64,000 nucleotides of DNA, taken from Candidatus Omnitrophota bacterium (GTDB taxonomy: Bacteria; Omnitrophota; Gorgyraeia; Gygaellales; Profunditerraquicolaceae). Below are positions 30,671 to 38,642 of the stretch, piece after piece. Made by a program: the position numbers and the translations under genes. The notes beneath the pieces are model-generated. The model was not told the origin of the DNA and made no database searches. It saw nothing but the letters and a program-made list of their open reading frames with translations. Numbering within the stretch: the stretch's first letter is position 1; every line of letters starts with the position of its first letter. Where the stretch lies: the NCBI GenBank assembly GCA_041661605.1, contig JBAZUE010000001.1, positions 159,467-223,466 on the forward strand. Direction: 5' to 3'.

Positions 30671-31374
30671 AACTTTCTATAGTCATCCCAGCGCACAACG
30701 AAGAAGAAAATATCGGCCAGGTTATTGAGCAGGTAGAAGAGAGGGTGAAATTACCATTTGATTTGATCGTGGTAAATGACCATTCTGCCGACAGGACTGC
30801 TGAAATTGTTTCTGGGCTGGCCAGGAAATTCAACAATATAATTTTGGTTGAGAATAAGCTTGCCGGAGGCTTTGCCAATGCAATTAAAACAGGCCTGGTG
30901 AGCGTAAAAACTGAAATAGTCGTGCCGTTAATGGGGGATTTATGCGATGACCTGGGGACAATCCCGCTTATGTTTGAAAAAATCAAGGAGGGGTTCGATG
31001 TTGTTTGCGGAGCCCGTTATATAAAAGGCGGCGGCAGGATCGGCGGCTCAAGGATAAAAGGTTTTTTCTCTTTTTTTGTGGGAAGGACAATGTCAATGTT
31101 CATTGGAATCCCCACGCGGGATATCGCCAATGCTTTTAAGATGTACCATAAGAAAGTTATTGATAGCATAAATATTGAATCAACTGGTTTCGAGGTATCT
31201 ATGGAGCTGGCGGTTAAGGCATATTTTAAGGGGTTTAGAATTACGGAAGTGCCTACGGTCTGGCGTGAGAGGGAAAAAGGCAAGTCAAATTTCAAGATGT
31301 TTAATTTGACGCCAAATTACTCTAAATGGTATTTATGGGCGATTGGAAAAAAATTGACGGATAGGAGTGGATGA
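30667..31374 (+). CDS. GT2 glycosyltransferase (DPM1-like)
   Basis: LSIVIPAHNEEENI, VNDHSADRT and GDLCDD motifs. Confidence 0.8.
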   Translation: MKLSIVIPAHNEEENIGQVIEQVEERVKLPFDLIVVNDHSADRTAEIVSGLARKFNNIILVENKLAGGFANAIKTGLVSVKTEIVVPLMGDLCDDLGTIPLMFEKIKEGFDVVCGARYIKGGGRIGGSRIKGFFSFFVGRTMSMFIGIPTRDIANAFKMYHKKVIDSINIESTGFEVSMELAVKAYFKGFRITEVPTVWREREKGKSNFKMFNLTPNYSKWYLWAIGKKLTDRSG

Positions 31375-32048
31375 TGTTACTTTCAGTGATTGTGCCGGTT
31401 TATAATGAAGCTAAGACAATAAAGCAGATAATTGAGAAAATACACTCTGTGGATATTGATAAAGAGATTATCGTGATTGATAATTGCTCGACTGACGGCA
31501 CGCAAAAAATATTAAGCGAACTGCGTTATGATAACTTGAAGGTTATTTATCATAGCAGCAACCGCGGTAAGGGAGCGTCATTTTTGACCGGGTTAAATAA
31601 CGCCTCGGGAGAATATATTGTCGTTCAAGACGCTGATTTGGAATATGACCCTAATGATTACCTGCGTTTATTTGAGGCGATAAAAGAGGGAAACTATGAT
31701 ATGGTATCCGGAGCGCGTTTTTTTAGGGGGTACCAGGGATTGATGATGCATGTTGCGGGCAATAAGTTTTTGACCTTTGTGCTTAACGCTCTTTACGGGG
31801 CAAAATTAAATGATTGCGCAACTTGTTATAAACTGGCGCGCAGGGATATATATAAATCATTCAGGCTTGAGAAGACAGGTTTTGATATTGATTTTGAGAT
31901 TATCTGCAAGGCTCTGCGGAAAAAACTTAAAATTAAAGAGTTGCAGGTTTTTTATCATCCACGTTCCTATAAAGAAGGCAAGAAGATCAGGGTAAATGAC
32001 GCCTTTTGGGCAATTTTAGCCATGTTTAAGTATAGATTCTGGAGGTGA
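31371..32048 (+). CDS. GT2 glycosyltransferase
   Basis: LSVIVPVYNEAKTI, IDNCSTDGT and QDADLEYDP motifs. Confidence 0.8.
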   Translation: MMLLSVIVPVYNEAKTIKQIIEKIHSVDIDKEIIVIDNCSTDGTQKILSELRYDNLKVIYHSSNRGKGASFLTGLNNASGEYIVVQDADLEYDPNDYLRLFEAIKEGNYDMVSGARFFRGYQGLMMHVAGNKFLTFVLNALYGAKLNDCATCYKLARRDIYKSFRLEKTGFDIDFEIICKALRKKLKIKELQVFYHPRSYKEGKKIRVNDAFWAILAMFKYRFWR

Positions 32049-32052
32049 CAAG

Positions 32053-33282
32053 ATGAAAATGCTGGGAATCCTGGATTTTATGATCTACTGGTCAATTGTA
32101 ATTATGCCGTTTTCGGTGGCTATCGCTCCCGCTCTTGCTAATAGTTTTATCGGTATTTTTAGCGTTCTGTTTATAATTAAAAAATTAATTACCCGGCAGC
32201 CGTTTTCCACTAATCGTTTAACATTGGCGTTCTTCGGTTTATTTTTCGCAGCTTCAGTTATTTCAATTATAAATTCTGTCAGCTATAGCTCAAGTTTCCA
32301 GGGGATCATAAAACTGCTTAAATATATTCTTATATTTCTGGCTTGCAGCGAAGAGATCAGAGATAAGCAGCATATAAATAAAATTATTATTTCCATCTGC
32401 TCCGGTATTTGCCTTGTAGCGATAGATGCTATATGGCAGATGGTTTTTGGCTATGATTTTATACATCATATAGCGATACAGGCTGCAATAGGCCTGCCCC
32501 GGCCAACGGCCTCGTTCCCTAATCCCAATATTCTTGGAGTCTATATGACTGCCTTGACCCCGCTCATATTCGGGCTTACATTCTTTTATTTTAAGGGCTG
32601 GCGTAAGTTACTGATGTTTTTTGTAAGCGTGCTTGGGTTGGCGGGAGTTTTCTTGACTTTATCCAGAGGGGCTGGCCTGGGAACATATCTAGCGATATTA
32701 TTCTTAAGTATTGCTAACAAGAAGAAACTGTTTACCTTTATCTTGATAGGGATCCTTATAATCTTTCCTTTTGTAATGCCTAAAGATATAAAACAATGGG
32801 CCAAAGAAATAAATTATAATCCTATAGTGTTTATGCTTAATCAAGACAGAATCAGCATTTATAATAATACTGTTAATATGATCGAACACCATCCTTTTAT
32901 AGGTGTGGGGTTAAATACATTCTCTAAGAATTATGGGAAATATAAAACTGAAGCTGCTGAAAAATACGCGCATACCCCGGATACTATATACGCGCACAAT
33001 ATCTACTTGCAGACGGCAGGTGAAGTTGGTTTATTAGGGTTGGCCATGTTCTTGCTGTTTCTATTCCAGGTGTTCAGGGTGATTTTGAAAGCTAGCCGAA
33101 AGTTAAGCGATGAGTATTTAAGAATAACCGTTTTGTCTTTGGTTGCCTGCTTGATTGCCTTTTTAGTTAACGGGTTGACTGAAACCAGCCTTTATTATCC
33201 GAGAGTGGCAATGATATTCTGGTATTTAATTGGTTTTGGGTTAGCGATAGGAAGGATCTCAGACCATAACTCTAAGAGTTGA
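32053..33282 (+). CDS. O-antigen ligase/polymerase (Wzy_C) family membrane protein
   Basis: LTLSRGAGLG and HPFIGVGLNTFS...AHNIYLQTAGEVGLLG motifs. About 10 TM segments. Confidence 0.8.
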   Translation: MKMLGILDFMIYWSIVIMPFSVAIAPALANSFIGIFSVLFIIKKLITRQPFSTNRLTLAFFGLFFAASVISIINSVSYSSSFQGIIKLLKYILIFLACSEEIRDKQHINKIIISICSGICLVAIDAIWQMVFGYDFIHHIAIQAAIGLPRPTASFPNPNILGVYMTALTPLIFGLTFFYFKGWRKLLMFFVSVLGLAGVFLTLSRGAGLGTYLAILFLSIANKKKLFTFILIGILIIFPFVMPKDIKQWAKEINYNPIVFMLNQDRISIYNNTVNMIEHHPFIGVGLNTFSKNYGKYKTEAAEKYAHTPDTIYAHNIYLQTAGEVGLLGLAMFLLFLFQVFRVILKASRKLSDEYLRITVLSLVACLIAFLVNGLTETSLYYPRVAMIFWYLIGFGLAIGRISDHNSKS

Positions 33283-33286
33283 CGGG

Positions 33287-33838
33287 GTGATTGATATGCT
33301 TTCAGTGATAATACCGGCTTATAATGAAGAAAAGGCAATTGAAGCAATTGTAAATAAAGTCAGCAGCCTGCCCATAGAAAAAGAGATTATTGTGGTTAAT
33401 GATTGTTCCAAAGACAGGACTGCTGCGATCTTAAGCTCGTTTTCCCTTAGTAACTTAAAAGTTATACATCATGCCAGTAAAAGGGGCAGGGCTGCCGCGG
33501 CGCGCACAGGCTTAGAGAATGCGATAGGGGAGTTTATTATTATCCAAGATGTAGATTTAGAATATGACCCTAATGGGCATCTTAAGCTTTTAGAGGCAAT
33601 AAAGAATTCAAACTTTGATTTGGCGCTGGGTTCGCGTTCTACCAGGATGAGCTTTAGAGATATTGCCTTAAGTATTTTATTCGGCATAAAGTTAAAAGAC
33701 TGGTCCAGCCGCTGTCAGCTTATGCGCAGGGAAAGCCTTTTGAGATTATTGCCGGAGTTAAAGGGCGTTAATATAACATTTGATATTTTAACTAAAGCGA
33801 TAAGAAAAAAGATGCGCGTAATCGAAGTGCCTGTTTAG
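33287..33838 (+). CDS. Short, possibly decayed GT2 paralogue of 31371..32048
   Basis: LSVIIPAYNEEKAI, VNDCSKDRT and QDVDLEYDP align with the 225-aa neighbour. The copy lacks about 10 aa internally and about 35 aa at the C-terminus. An alternative ATG start lies at 33296. Confidence 0.6.
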   Translation: MIDMLSVIIPAYNEEKAIEAIVNKVSSLPIEKEIIVVNDCSKDRTAAILSSFSLSNLKVIHHASKRGRAAAARTGLENAIGEFIIIQDVDLEYDPNGHLKLLEAIKNSNFDLALGSRSTRMSFRDIALSILFGIKLKDWSSRCQLMRRESLLRLLPELKGVNITFDILTKAIRKKMRVIEVPV

Positions 33839-33839
33839 C

Positions 33840-34772
33840 ATGATTAAAAATATACTTGTAATACGCAATGACCGGTTTGGGGAGTTTTTACTGAATATCC
33901 CGGCAATGCGCGCGCTGAAAGAGTTATATCCACAGGCAAGACTTACTTTGGCGGTAAGCCCGGCGGTAGTTGAATTGGCAGGCGCGGTTGAATGCGTTGA
34001 TGAGGCAGTGGCATGGGATCAGATCAAGGGGAATTTAAGTAAGCGTAAGTTTGATCTTTGCGTTGTTTTAAATCCTACAAAAGAGGCGCATTGGGCGGCG
34101 TTCTGGGCAGGCATCCCAGTACGCGTTGGGTATAACAGGAAGTGGGGAGTTTTGCTGACGCATAAATTAAAAGATACTAAATGCCTTGGTGATAGGCATG
34201 AAGTGGATTGTAATCTGGAGTTGGTTTCTTTGATTGGCGCAGGAAATAACGGGATTGCTTCGTCGCAAAAAACGCTCCTCGCAATGACGAAGATTGCCAG
34301 TGATAAATTTGATTTTTTAGCTGGAGCGGTTGCGATTCATCCGTTTACCAGCGATCCGCTAAAGCAGTGGCCTGTTGAAAGGTTTATGGAGTTGGCAGAA
34401 AGGATCACGCAGGAGTTGGGAATAAAGGTTGTAATTGTGGGATTGACGATGGGGAGGAGTAAAGAGATTATTTCGGCGCCTCGCAATGACGGGATTGTTG
34501 ATATGGTCAATAAAACTTCTCTTGTTGAGTTAGCCGCGTTATTGAAACGCTGCTCTTTGCTTGTGTCGGGAGATAGCGGGCCGGTGCATTTGGCAGCTTG
34601 CGTGGGTACGCCTGTGGTGGCTTTGTTCAGGAATGACTTGCCGGGGAAAACCAGCCGGCGTTGGGGGCCGTGGGGAGAGGGGCATGTGGTGATTGAAAAG
34701 GGAAATTTGCTTGAGATAAGCGTGGATGAAGTTGCGGGGGAGGCCAAAAGAATAGTCGGGCGTCATTGTTAA
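33840..34772 (+). CDS. GT9 glycosyltransferase (LPS heptosyltransferase family)
   Basis: ILVIRNDRFGEFLLNIPAMRALK N-terminus and SGDSGPVHLAA motif. Contains two in-frame copies of the CTCGCAATGACG repeat. Confidence 0.8.
   Translation: MIKNILVIRNDRFGEFLLNIPAMRALKELYPQARLTLAVSPAVVELAGAVECVDEAVAWDQIKGNLSKRKFDLCVVLNPTKEAHWAAFWAGIPVRVGYNRKWGVLLTHKLKDTKCLGDRHEVDCNLELVSLIGAGNNGIASSQKTLLAMTKIASDKFDFLAGAVAIHPFTSDPLKQWPVERFMELAERITQELGIKVVIVGLTMGRSKEIISAPRNDGIVDMVNKTSLVELAALLKRCSLLVSGDSGPVHLAACVGTPVVALFRNDLPGKTSRRWGPWGEGHVVIEKGNLLEISVDEVAGEAKRIVGRHC
34253..34297 (+). repeat. ATTGCTTCG-spacer-CTCGCAATGACG element, full copy, in frame inside the GT9 CDS
   Basis: gattgcttcgtcgcaaaaaacgctcCTCGCAATGACGaagattgc; core at 34278..34289. 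Encodes GIASSQKTLLAMTKIA. Confidence 0.8.
34472..34497 (+). repeat. CTCGCAATGACG element, partial copy, in frame inside the GT9 CDS
   Basis: ttcggcgcCTCGCAATGACGggattg; core at 34480..34491. Encodes ISAPRNDGI. Confidence 0.75.
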
Positions 34773-34778
34773 ATTCCC

Positions 34779-34833
34779 TTGACAAAAGATATATATAGTT
34801 TATACTCTATATAGAATATAGCTTATAAACTAT
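34779..34833 (+). promoter_or_regulatory. Sigma70-like promoter with overlapping 10-bp inverted repeat (candidate operator) for the AbiEii-like/XRE pair
   Basis: TTGACA (34779-84), 16 nt, TATACT (34801-06). Perfect inverted repeat ATAGTTTATA (34795-804) / TATAAACTAT (34824-33). Confidence 0.55.
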
Positions 34834-34842
34834 GGGGCGGGA

Positions 34843-35553
34843 ATGGATAAAACGCTTAGGAATTTTCAGTTGGAGGTCTTGAATGCTTTTAAGAGGGTAA
34901 AAGGAAGTTTTGCCCTTGCCGGAGGCACCGCGCTTGAGATTTATTACCTGCAGCACAGGTTTTCTTTAGATCTGGATTTTTTCTCTGTTGCTTTTAATAA
35001 GGATGAGATTGAAAAAATTGTTTCGACGTTCAAGAATTTGCCCGGGGTAAGCCTGAAACGGGAGAACGAAATTAAGCTAAGTGGCGCAGCCAGGGCGGTA
35101 TTCTATACTCTTTCCAGGAAAGGCTTGAAGAGGCCGCTAAAGGTTGATTTTGTCGAGAACAATTTAATCAGCCAGCCTAAAATTGTTAAGTTTAACGGGG
35201 TGCCTGTTTACAGCGCGAAGGATATATACGCTCAGAAAATATACGCTGTATCCGGAACGTCTATCCGGCAGGATGAGGCCGGCAGGTTTTTTTCTGAGGG
35301 GCGAAAAGAAGCCCGGGATGCCTTTGATATTTATATGCTTTCAAAGAAGGTAATGCCGCTGCATAAGTTTATCCGGGAAATGCCTAAGCAGGCCCAGAGG
35401 GGGCTCTTGCATTGGTATAATACATTCTCCCGGCATGATTTTAAGATAGGGCTTATTGACCTGGATATTTACGAGAAAGGCTTTAATTCCCAGGAGATGC
35501 TTATATATCTTGAAAATGAGGTTAAGGAGTTTATCAAAAAAATAGCTATATGA
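34843..35553 (+). CDS. AbiEii/AbiGii-like nucleotidyltransferase (DUF1814-type toxin family)
   Basis: FALAGGTALEIYYLQHRFSLDLDFF (NTase G[GS]...DxD region) and EARDAFDIYML motifs typical of AbiEii-family proteins. Confidence 0.65.
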   Translation: MDKTLRNFQLEVLNAFKRVKGSFALAGGTALEIYYLQHRFSLDLDFFSVAFNKDEIEKIVSTFKNLPGVSLKRENEIKLSGAARAVFYTLSRKGLKRPLKVDFVENNLISQPKIVKFNGVPVYSAKDIYAQKIYAVSGTSIRQDEAGRFFSEGRKEARDAFDIYMLSKKVMPLHKFIREMPKQAQRGLLHWYNTFSRHDFKIGLIDLDIYEKGFNSQEMLIYLENEVKEFIKKIAI

Positions 35554-36062
35554 AAAAAGACTTCGCTAAATATTTCTGGGGATTTAATGATAAGGCTTTA
35601 GCCGAGGCAGGCAAAGCGTTAAAGGATATTAACCATCCGCGTTTTGCATATTACGCGGTAATTTTATTTTCGCGCTGCGATGAGCCAAAAGAAGCCTTTC
35701 ATTTTGTCCCTAAGGATTGTTTTATTTCAGCCTGGCCTAAAATAAAATCTTATTGGCGTCGGCTTAAAGAGAATTCCGAATTCAGGGATTGGTGGCAGGC
35801 TATTTATGAAAGAATGCTTGAAGAAAGAAATGGAAGTCCCGGTCCGACTAAAGAGAGAAGTTCCTCTTATTTTCAGGCTATTGGAGCAAAAATAAGGGAG
35901 AGCCGGATTAAATTGAACATGAGCCAGAAAGAGCTGGCTGGGGCTTGCGGGGTAAGGCAGCCGGATATATCGAAGATTGAAGAAGGCAAAAAGAATATTA
36001 CGCTGGAAACATTGATTAAGATATGCAAGACAATCGGCTTAAAAGAGATCAGTACATTTTGA
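35550..36062 (+). CDS. XRE-family HTH protein with an uncharacterised ~110-aa N-terminal domain (candidate antitoxin/regulator)
   Basis: C-terminal MSQKELAGACGVRQPDISKIEEGKKNITLETLIKICKTIGL is a classic HTH_3/XRE domain. Overlaps the upstream gene by 4 nt (ATGA). Confidence 0.7.
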   Translation: MKKDFAKYFWGFNDKALAEAGKALKDINHPRFAYYAVILFSRCDEPKEAFHFVPKDCFISAWPKIKSYWRRLKENSEFRDWWQAIYERMLEERNGSPGPTKERSSSYFQAIGAKIRESRIKLNMSQKELAGACGVRQPDISKIEEGKKNITLETLIKICKTIGLKEISTF

Positions 36063-36083
36063 AAAAAGGGCAGGATAAACGAA

Positions 36084-36122
36084 ATTGCTTCGGCGCCTGC
36101 GGCGCCTCGCAATGACGAGGGG
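36084..36122 (+). repeat. ATTGCTTCG-hairpin-CTCGCAATGACG element, full copy, intergenic
   Basis: attgcttcGGCGCCtgcGGCGCCTCGCAATGACGagggg; core at 36106..36117. The internal GGCGCC/GGCGCC arms form the stem. Confidence 0.85.
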
Positions 36123-36131
36123 TTGACGAAG

Positions 36132-37514
36132 ATGATATACGCGGTTATTTTAGCCGGTGGGGTAGGAAGCAGGTTCTGGCCGTTTTCGCGCGAGCTTGAG
36201 CCTAAGCAATTCATGAAGATTATCGGAGAGACAAGCCTTTTGCAGGCGACTGTCCAGCGTTTAAAAGGGCTGGTTGAGCCGCGGCGTGTTTATATCGTTA
36301 CAAATAATATTTATTTTTATGAGGTTAAGGCGCAGGTTGCTAAATTCGGCATCCCCGATGCAAATATAATCTTGGAGCCGCAGGGTAAAAATACTGCTCC
36401 AGCAGCCGGACTTTGCGCAAAGCTAATCAGCCGTATCGATAAAGAGGCGGTACTTTTAGTTTTGCCTTCGGACCATTATATTAAGAATACGGGGAATTTT
36501 AAGAAGACGATTAAGAAAGCAATCGCTTGCGCCGGAAAAGATTTCTTAGTTACGATAGGGATTAAGCCGAACGCAGCTTCTACCGGATACGGGTATATAA
36601 AGGCTGGAGCCGGCAAGGGTGGGTATATAGAGGTTGAGAAGTTTTTGGAAAAGCCGGATTTAAATAAAGCTAAAAAATATTTTAAGGATAAGAAATTTTT
36701 CTGGAACAGCGGGATGTTTATCTGGAAGGCTTCGGTATTTCTGGAGGAGGTAGGGAAATATTTGCCCGGGCTGTATGATAGCTTAAGGTCGATCAATTCG
36801 GTAAATGATATACCTGAAATTTGGCCGGATATTGAGCCGGTTTCGGTCGATTACGGGATTATGGAGCACTCTAAGAGGATCGCGTTAATTCCGGCTAATT
36901 TTTATTGGACGGATTTGGGAAGTTGGGAGGCGCTTACGGAGATTTTCCCGAAGGATAAAAAGGGAAATATTTCTAATGGCGATGCTTTGAATGTGGACAG
37001 CCATGGGGTATGCGTGTTTGCCAGAGGCAACAGGCTGGTTTCGACAATTGGGGTTAATAATATGGTTATCGCCGATACCCCGGATGCCTTGCTGGTTTGC
37101 GACAGGAGCAGGACCCAGGATGTTAAGCATCTGGTCGGGAGGTTAAAGGCGCTTAAACGTAAAGAGCATCAGGTGCATTTGACTGAGCGCAGGCCTTGGG
37201 GATCGTTTACTGTTTTGCAGCAGGGAATAGGTTTTAAGATCAAACTTATTGAGCTTGCTTCGAAAAAACGGCTTAGTTTGCAAAGGCATAAGAGCAGGGC
37301 TGAGCATTGGGTGGTGGTAAGCGGGGTGGCAAAGATTACCAGCGACGGTAAGGTTTCATTTGTGCGCAGTAACGAGAGCGTCTATATACCTAAGGGCAGG
37401 AAACATCGCCTGGAAAACCCCCTGCGCAGCCCTTTAAAGATTGTTGAAGTGCAGACCGGGGCGTATTTGGAAGAGGATGATATAGAAAGATTCGAGGATG
37501 ATTTTAAAAGATAA
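36132..37514 (+). CDS. manC: Mannose-1-phosphate guanylyltransferase / mannose-6-phosphate isomerase (bifunctional type)
   Basis: AVILAGGVGSRFWPFSR N-terminus and C-terminal cupin (RPWGSFTVL...HRLENP). The ATG at 36132 is preferred over the track's TTG at 36123, which lies against the repeat element. Confidence 0.9.
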   Translation: MIYAVILAGGVGSRFWPFSRELEPKQFMKIIGETSLLQATVQRLKGLVEPRRVYIVTNNIYFYEVKAQVAKFGIPDANIILEPQGKNTAPAAGLCAKLISRIDKEAVLLVLPSDHYIKNTGNFKKTIKKAIACAGKDFLVTIGIKPNAASTGYGYIKAGAGKGGYIEVEKFLEKPDLNKAKKYFKDKKFFWNSGMFIWKASVFLEEVGKYLPGLYDSLRSINSVNDIPEIWPDIEPVSVDYGIMEHSKRIALIPANFYWTDLGSWEALTEIFPKDKKGNISNGDALNVDSHGVCVFARGNRLVSTIGVNNMVIADTPDALLVCDRSRTQDVKHLVGRLKALKRKEHQVHLTERRPWGSFTVLQQGIGFKIKLIELASKKRLSLQRHKSRAEHWVVVSGVAKITSDGKVSFVRSNESVYIPKGRKHRLENPLRSPLKIVEVQTGAYLEEDDIERFEDDFKR

Positions 37515-38587
37515 TGATTAAGAAATTCCTGATTGTTAATCCGTTTGGGATTGGTGATGTTTTGTTTACTACGCCGGTGATAAAGGCGATTAAGGGGCAA
37601 TATCCGGATAGTTTTATCGGTTACTGGTCGAATTTGCGGGTTAAGCCGATATTAGAAAGCAACCCTCAAATAAATAAAGTTTTCGCCCTTTCGCGCGGGG
37701 ATCTCAAGAAAATTTACCAGGAGTCGTTCTTTAGGGCTGTCTGGAGCGCAATTAAATTAACCCGGGAGATAAAAAAAGAGCGTTTTGATATTTGCCTTGA
37801 TTTTTCTCTTGATCACCGCTATAGTTTATTTGCCAAAATAATGGGGATAGGCAGGCGTATCGGATTTAATTATAAGGGCAGGGGGAGATTCCTTAGCAGC
37901 CGTTTGGACGTAGATGGTTATCATGATAAGCATGTAGTGGAGTATTATTTAGAGCTGCTTAAATTCTTAGATATTCCAGTTAGTGATAAGGGTTTGTTTT
38001 TGGCGGTTTCTCCGGGCGGTGAATTAAAAGCGAGAAATCTGCTTGCGGCATGTGGAATCGAAGAGAAAGATTTAGTAATTGGCATTGCTCCCGGAGCAGG
38101 CGGCAGTTGGGGGAAGGATGCGGTTTATAAGCATTGGCCGGCACTAAAATTCGCTCAACTGGGGGATAGGTTGGTGGATGAGTTTAAGGCTAAGGTGGTA
38201 ATCCTGGGAGATGAATCGGAGCGTGAGATCGCCGAGGTAATATTGCATGCTATGCGCAATAAGCCGGTAGATTTGGTGGGTAAGACGGGATTAGAGATTT
38301 TCCCGGGAATAATCAAAAATTGCAATTTAGTTATTACTAATGATGGCGGGCCGATGCATATGGCGGTGGCGCTGGGGGTTCGTTCAGTTTCTGTGTTTGG
38401 GCCGGTGAGTGAAGCGGTGTATGGGCCGTTTCCTCCAGGCAGCGAGCATGCAGTTTTAAAATGGGATATGGATTGCCGGCCGTGCTATAAGAATTTCAGG
38501 TTACCGGTTTGTGATAGAGATAGGGAGTGCTTGAAGCAGGTGGATGTTGATAAGGTCTTTGATGCGGTGGCGAAGTTATTAAGTTAA
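37514..38587 (+). CDS. GT9 glycosyltransferase (LPS heptosyltransferase family)
   Basis: FLIVNPFGIGDVLFTTPVIKAIK and TNDGGPMHMAVALG motifs. TAATG overlap with manC. Confidence 0.85.
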   Translation: MIKKFLIVNPFGIGDVLFTTPVIKAIKGQYPDSFIGYWSNLRVKPILESNPQINKVFALSRGDLKKIYQESFFRAVWSAIKLTREIKKERFDICLDFSLDHRYSLFAKIMGIGRRIGFNYKGRGRFLSSRLDVDGYHDKHVVEYYLELLKFLDIPVSDKGLFLAVSPGGELKARNLLAACGIEEKDLVIGIAPGAGGSWGKDAVYKHWPALKFAQLGDRLVDEFKAKVVILGDESEREIAEVILHAMRNKPVDLVGKTGLEIFPGIIKNCNLVITNDGGPMHMAVALGVRSVSVFGPVSEAVYGPFPPGSEHAVLKWDMDCRPCYKNFRLPVCDRDRECLKQVDVDKVFDAVAKLLS

Positions 38588-38642
38588 GAATTGTTTTGTA
38601 ACTTATGGAGCTTGAGACGGTTACGTAGACTGTCTACTGAAA
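38586..38642 (+). repeat. AAGAATTGTTTTGTAAC half-element ending in the palindrome GTAGACTGTCTAC, abutting the start codon at 38643
   Basis: aagaattgttttgtaacttatggagcttgagacggttacGTAGACTGTCTACtgaaa followed by ATG. Begins within the upstream gene's stop codon. Confidence 0.8.
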
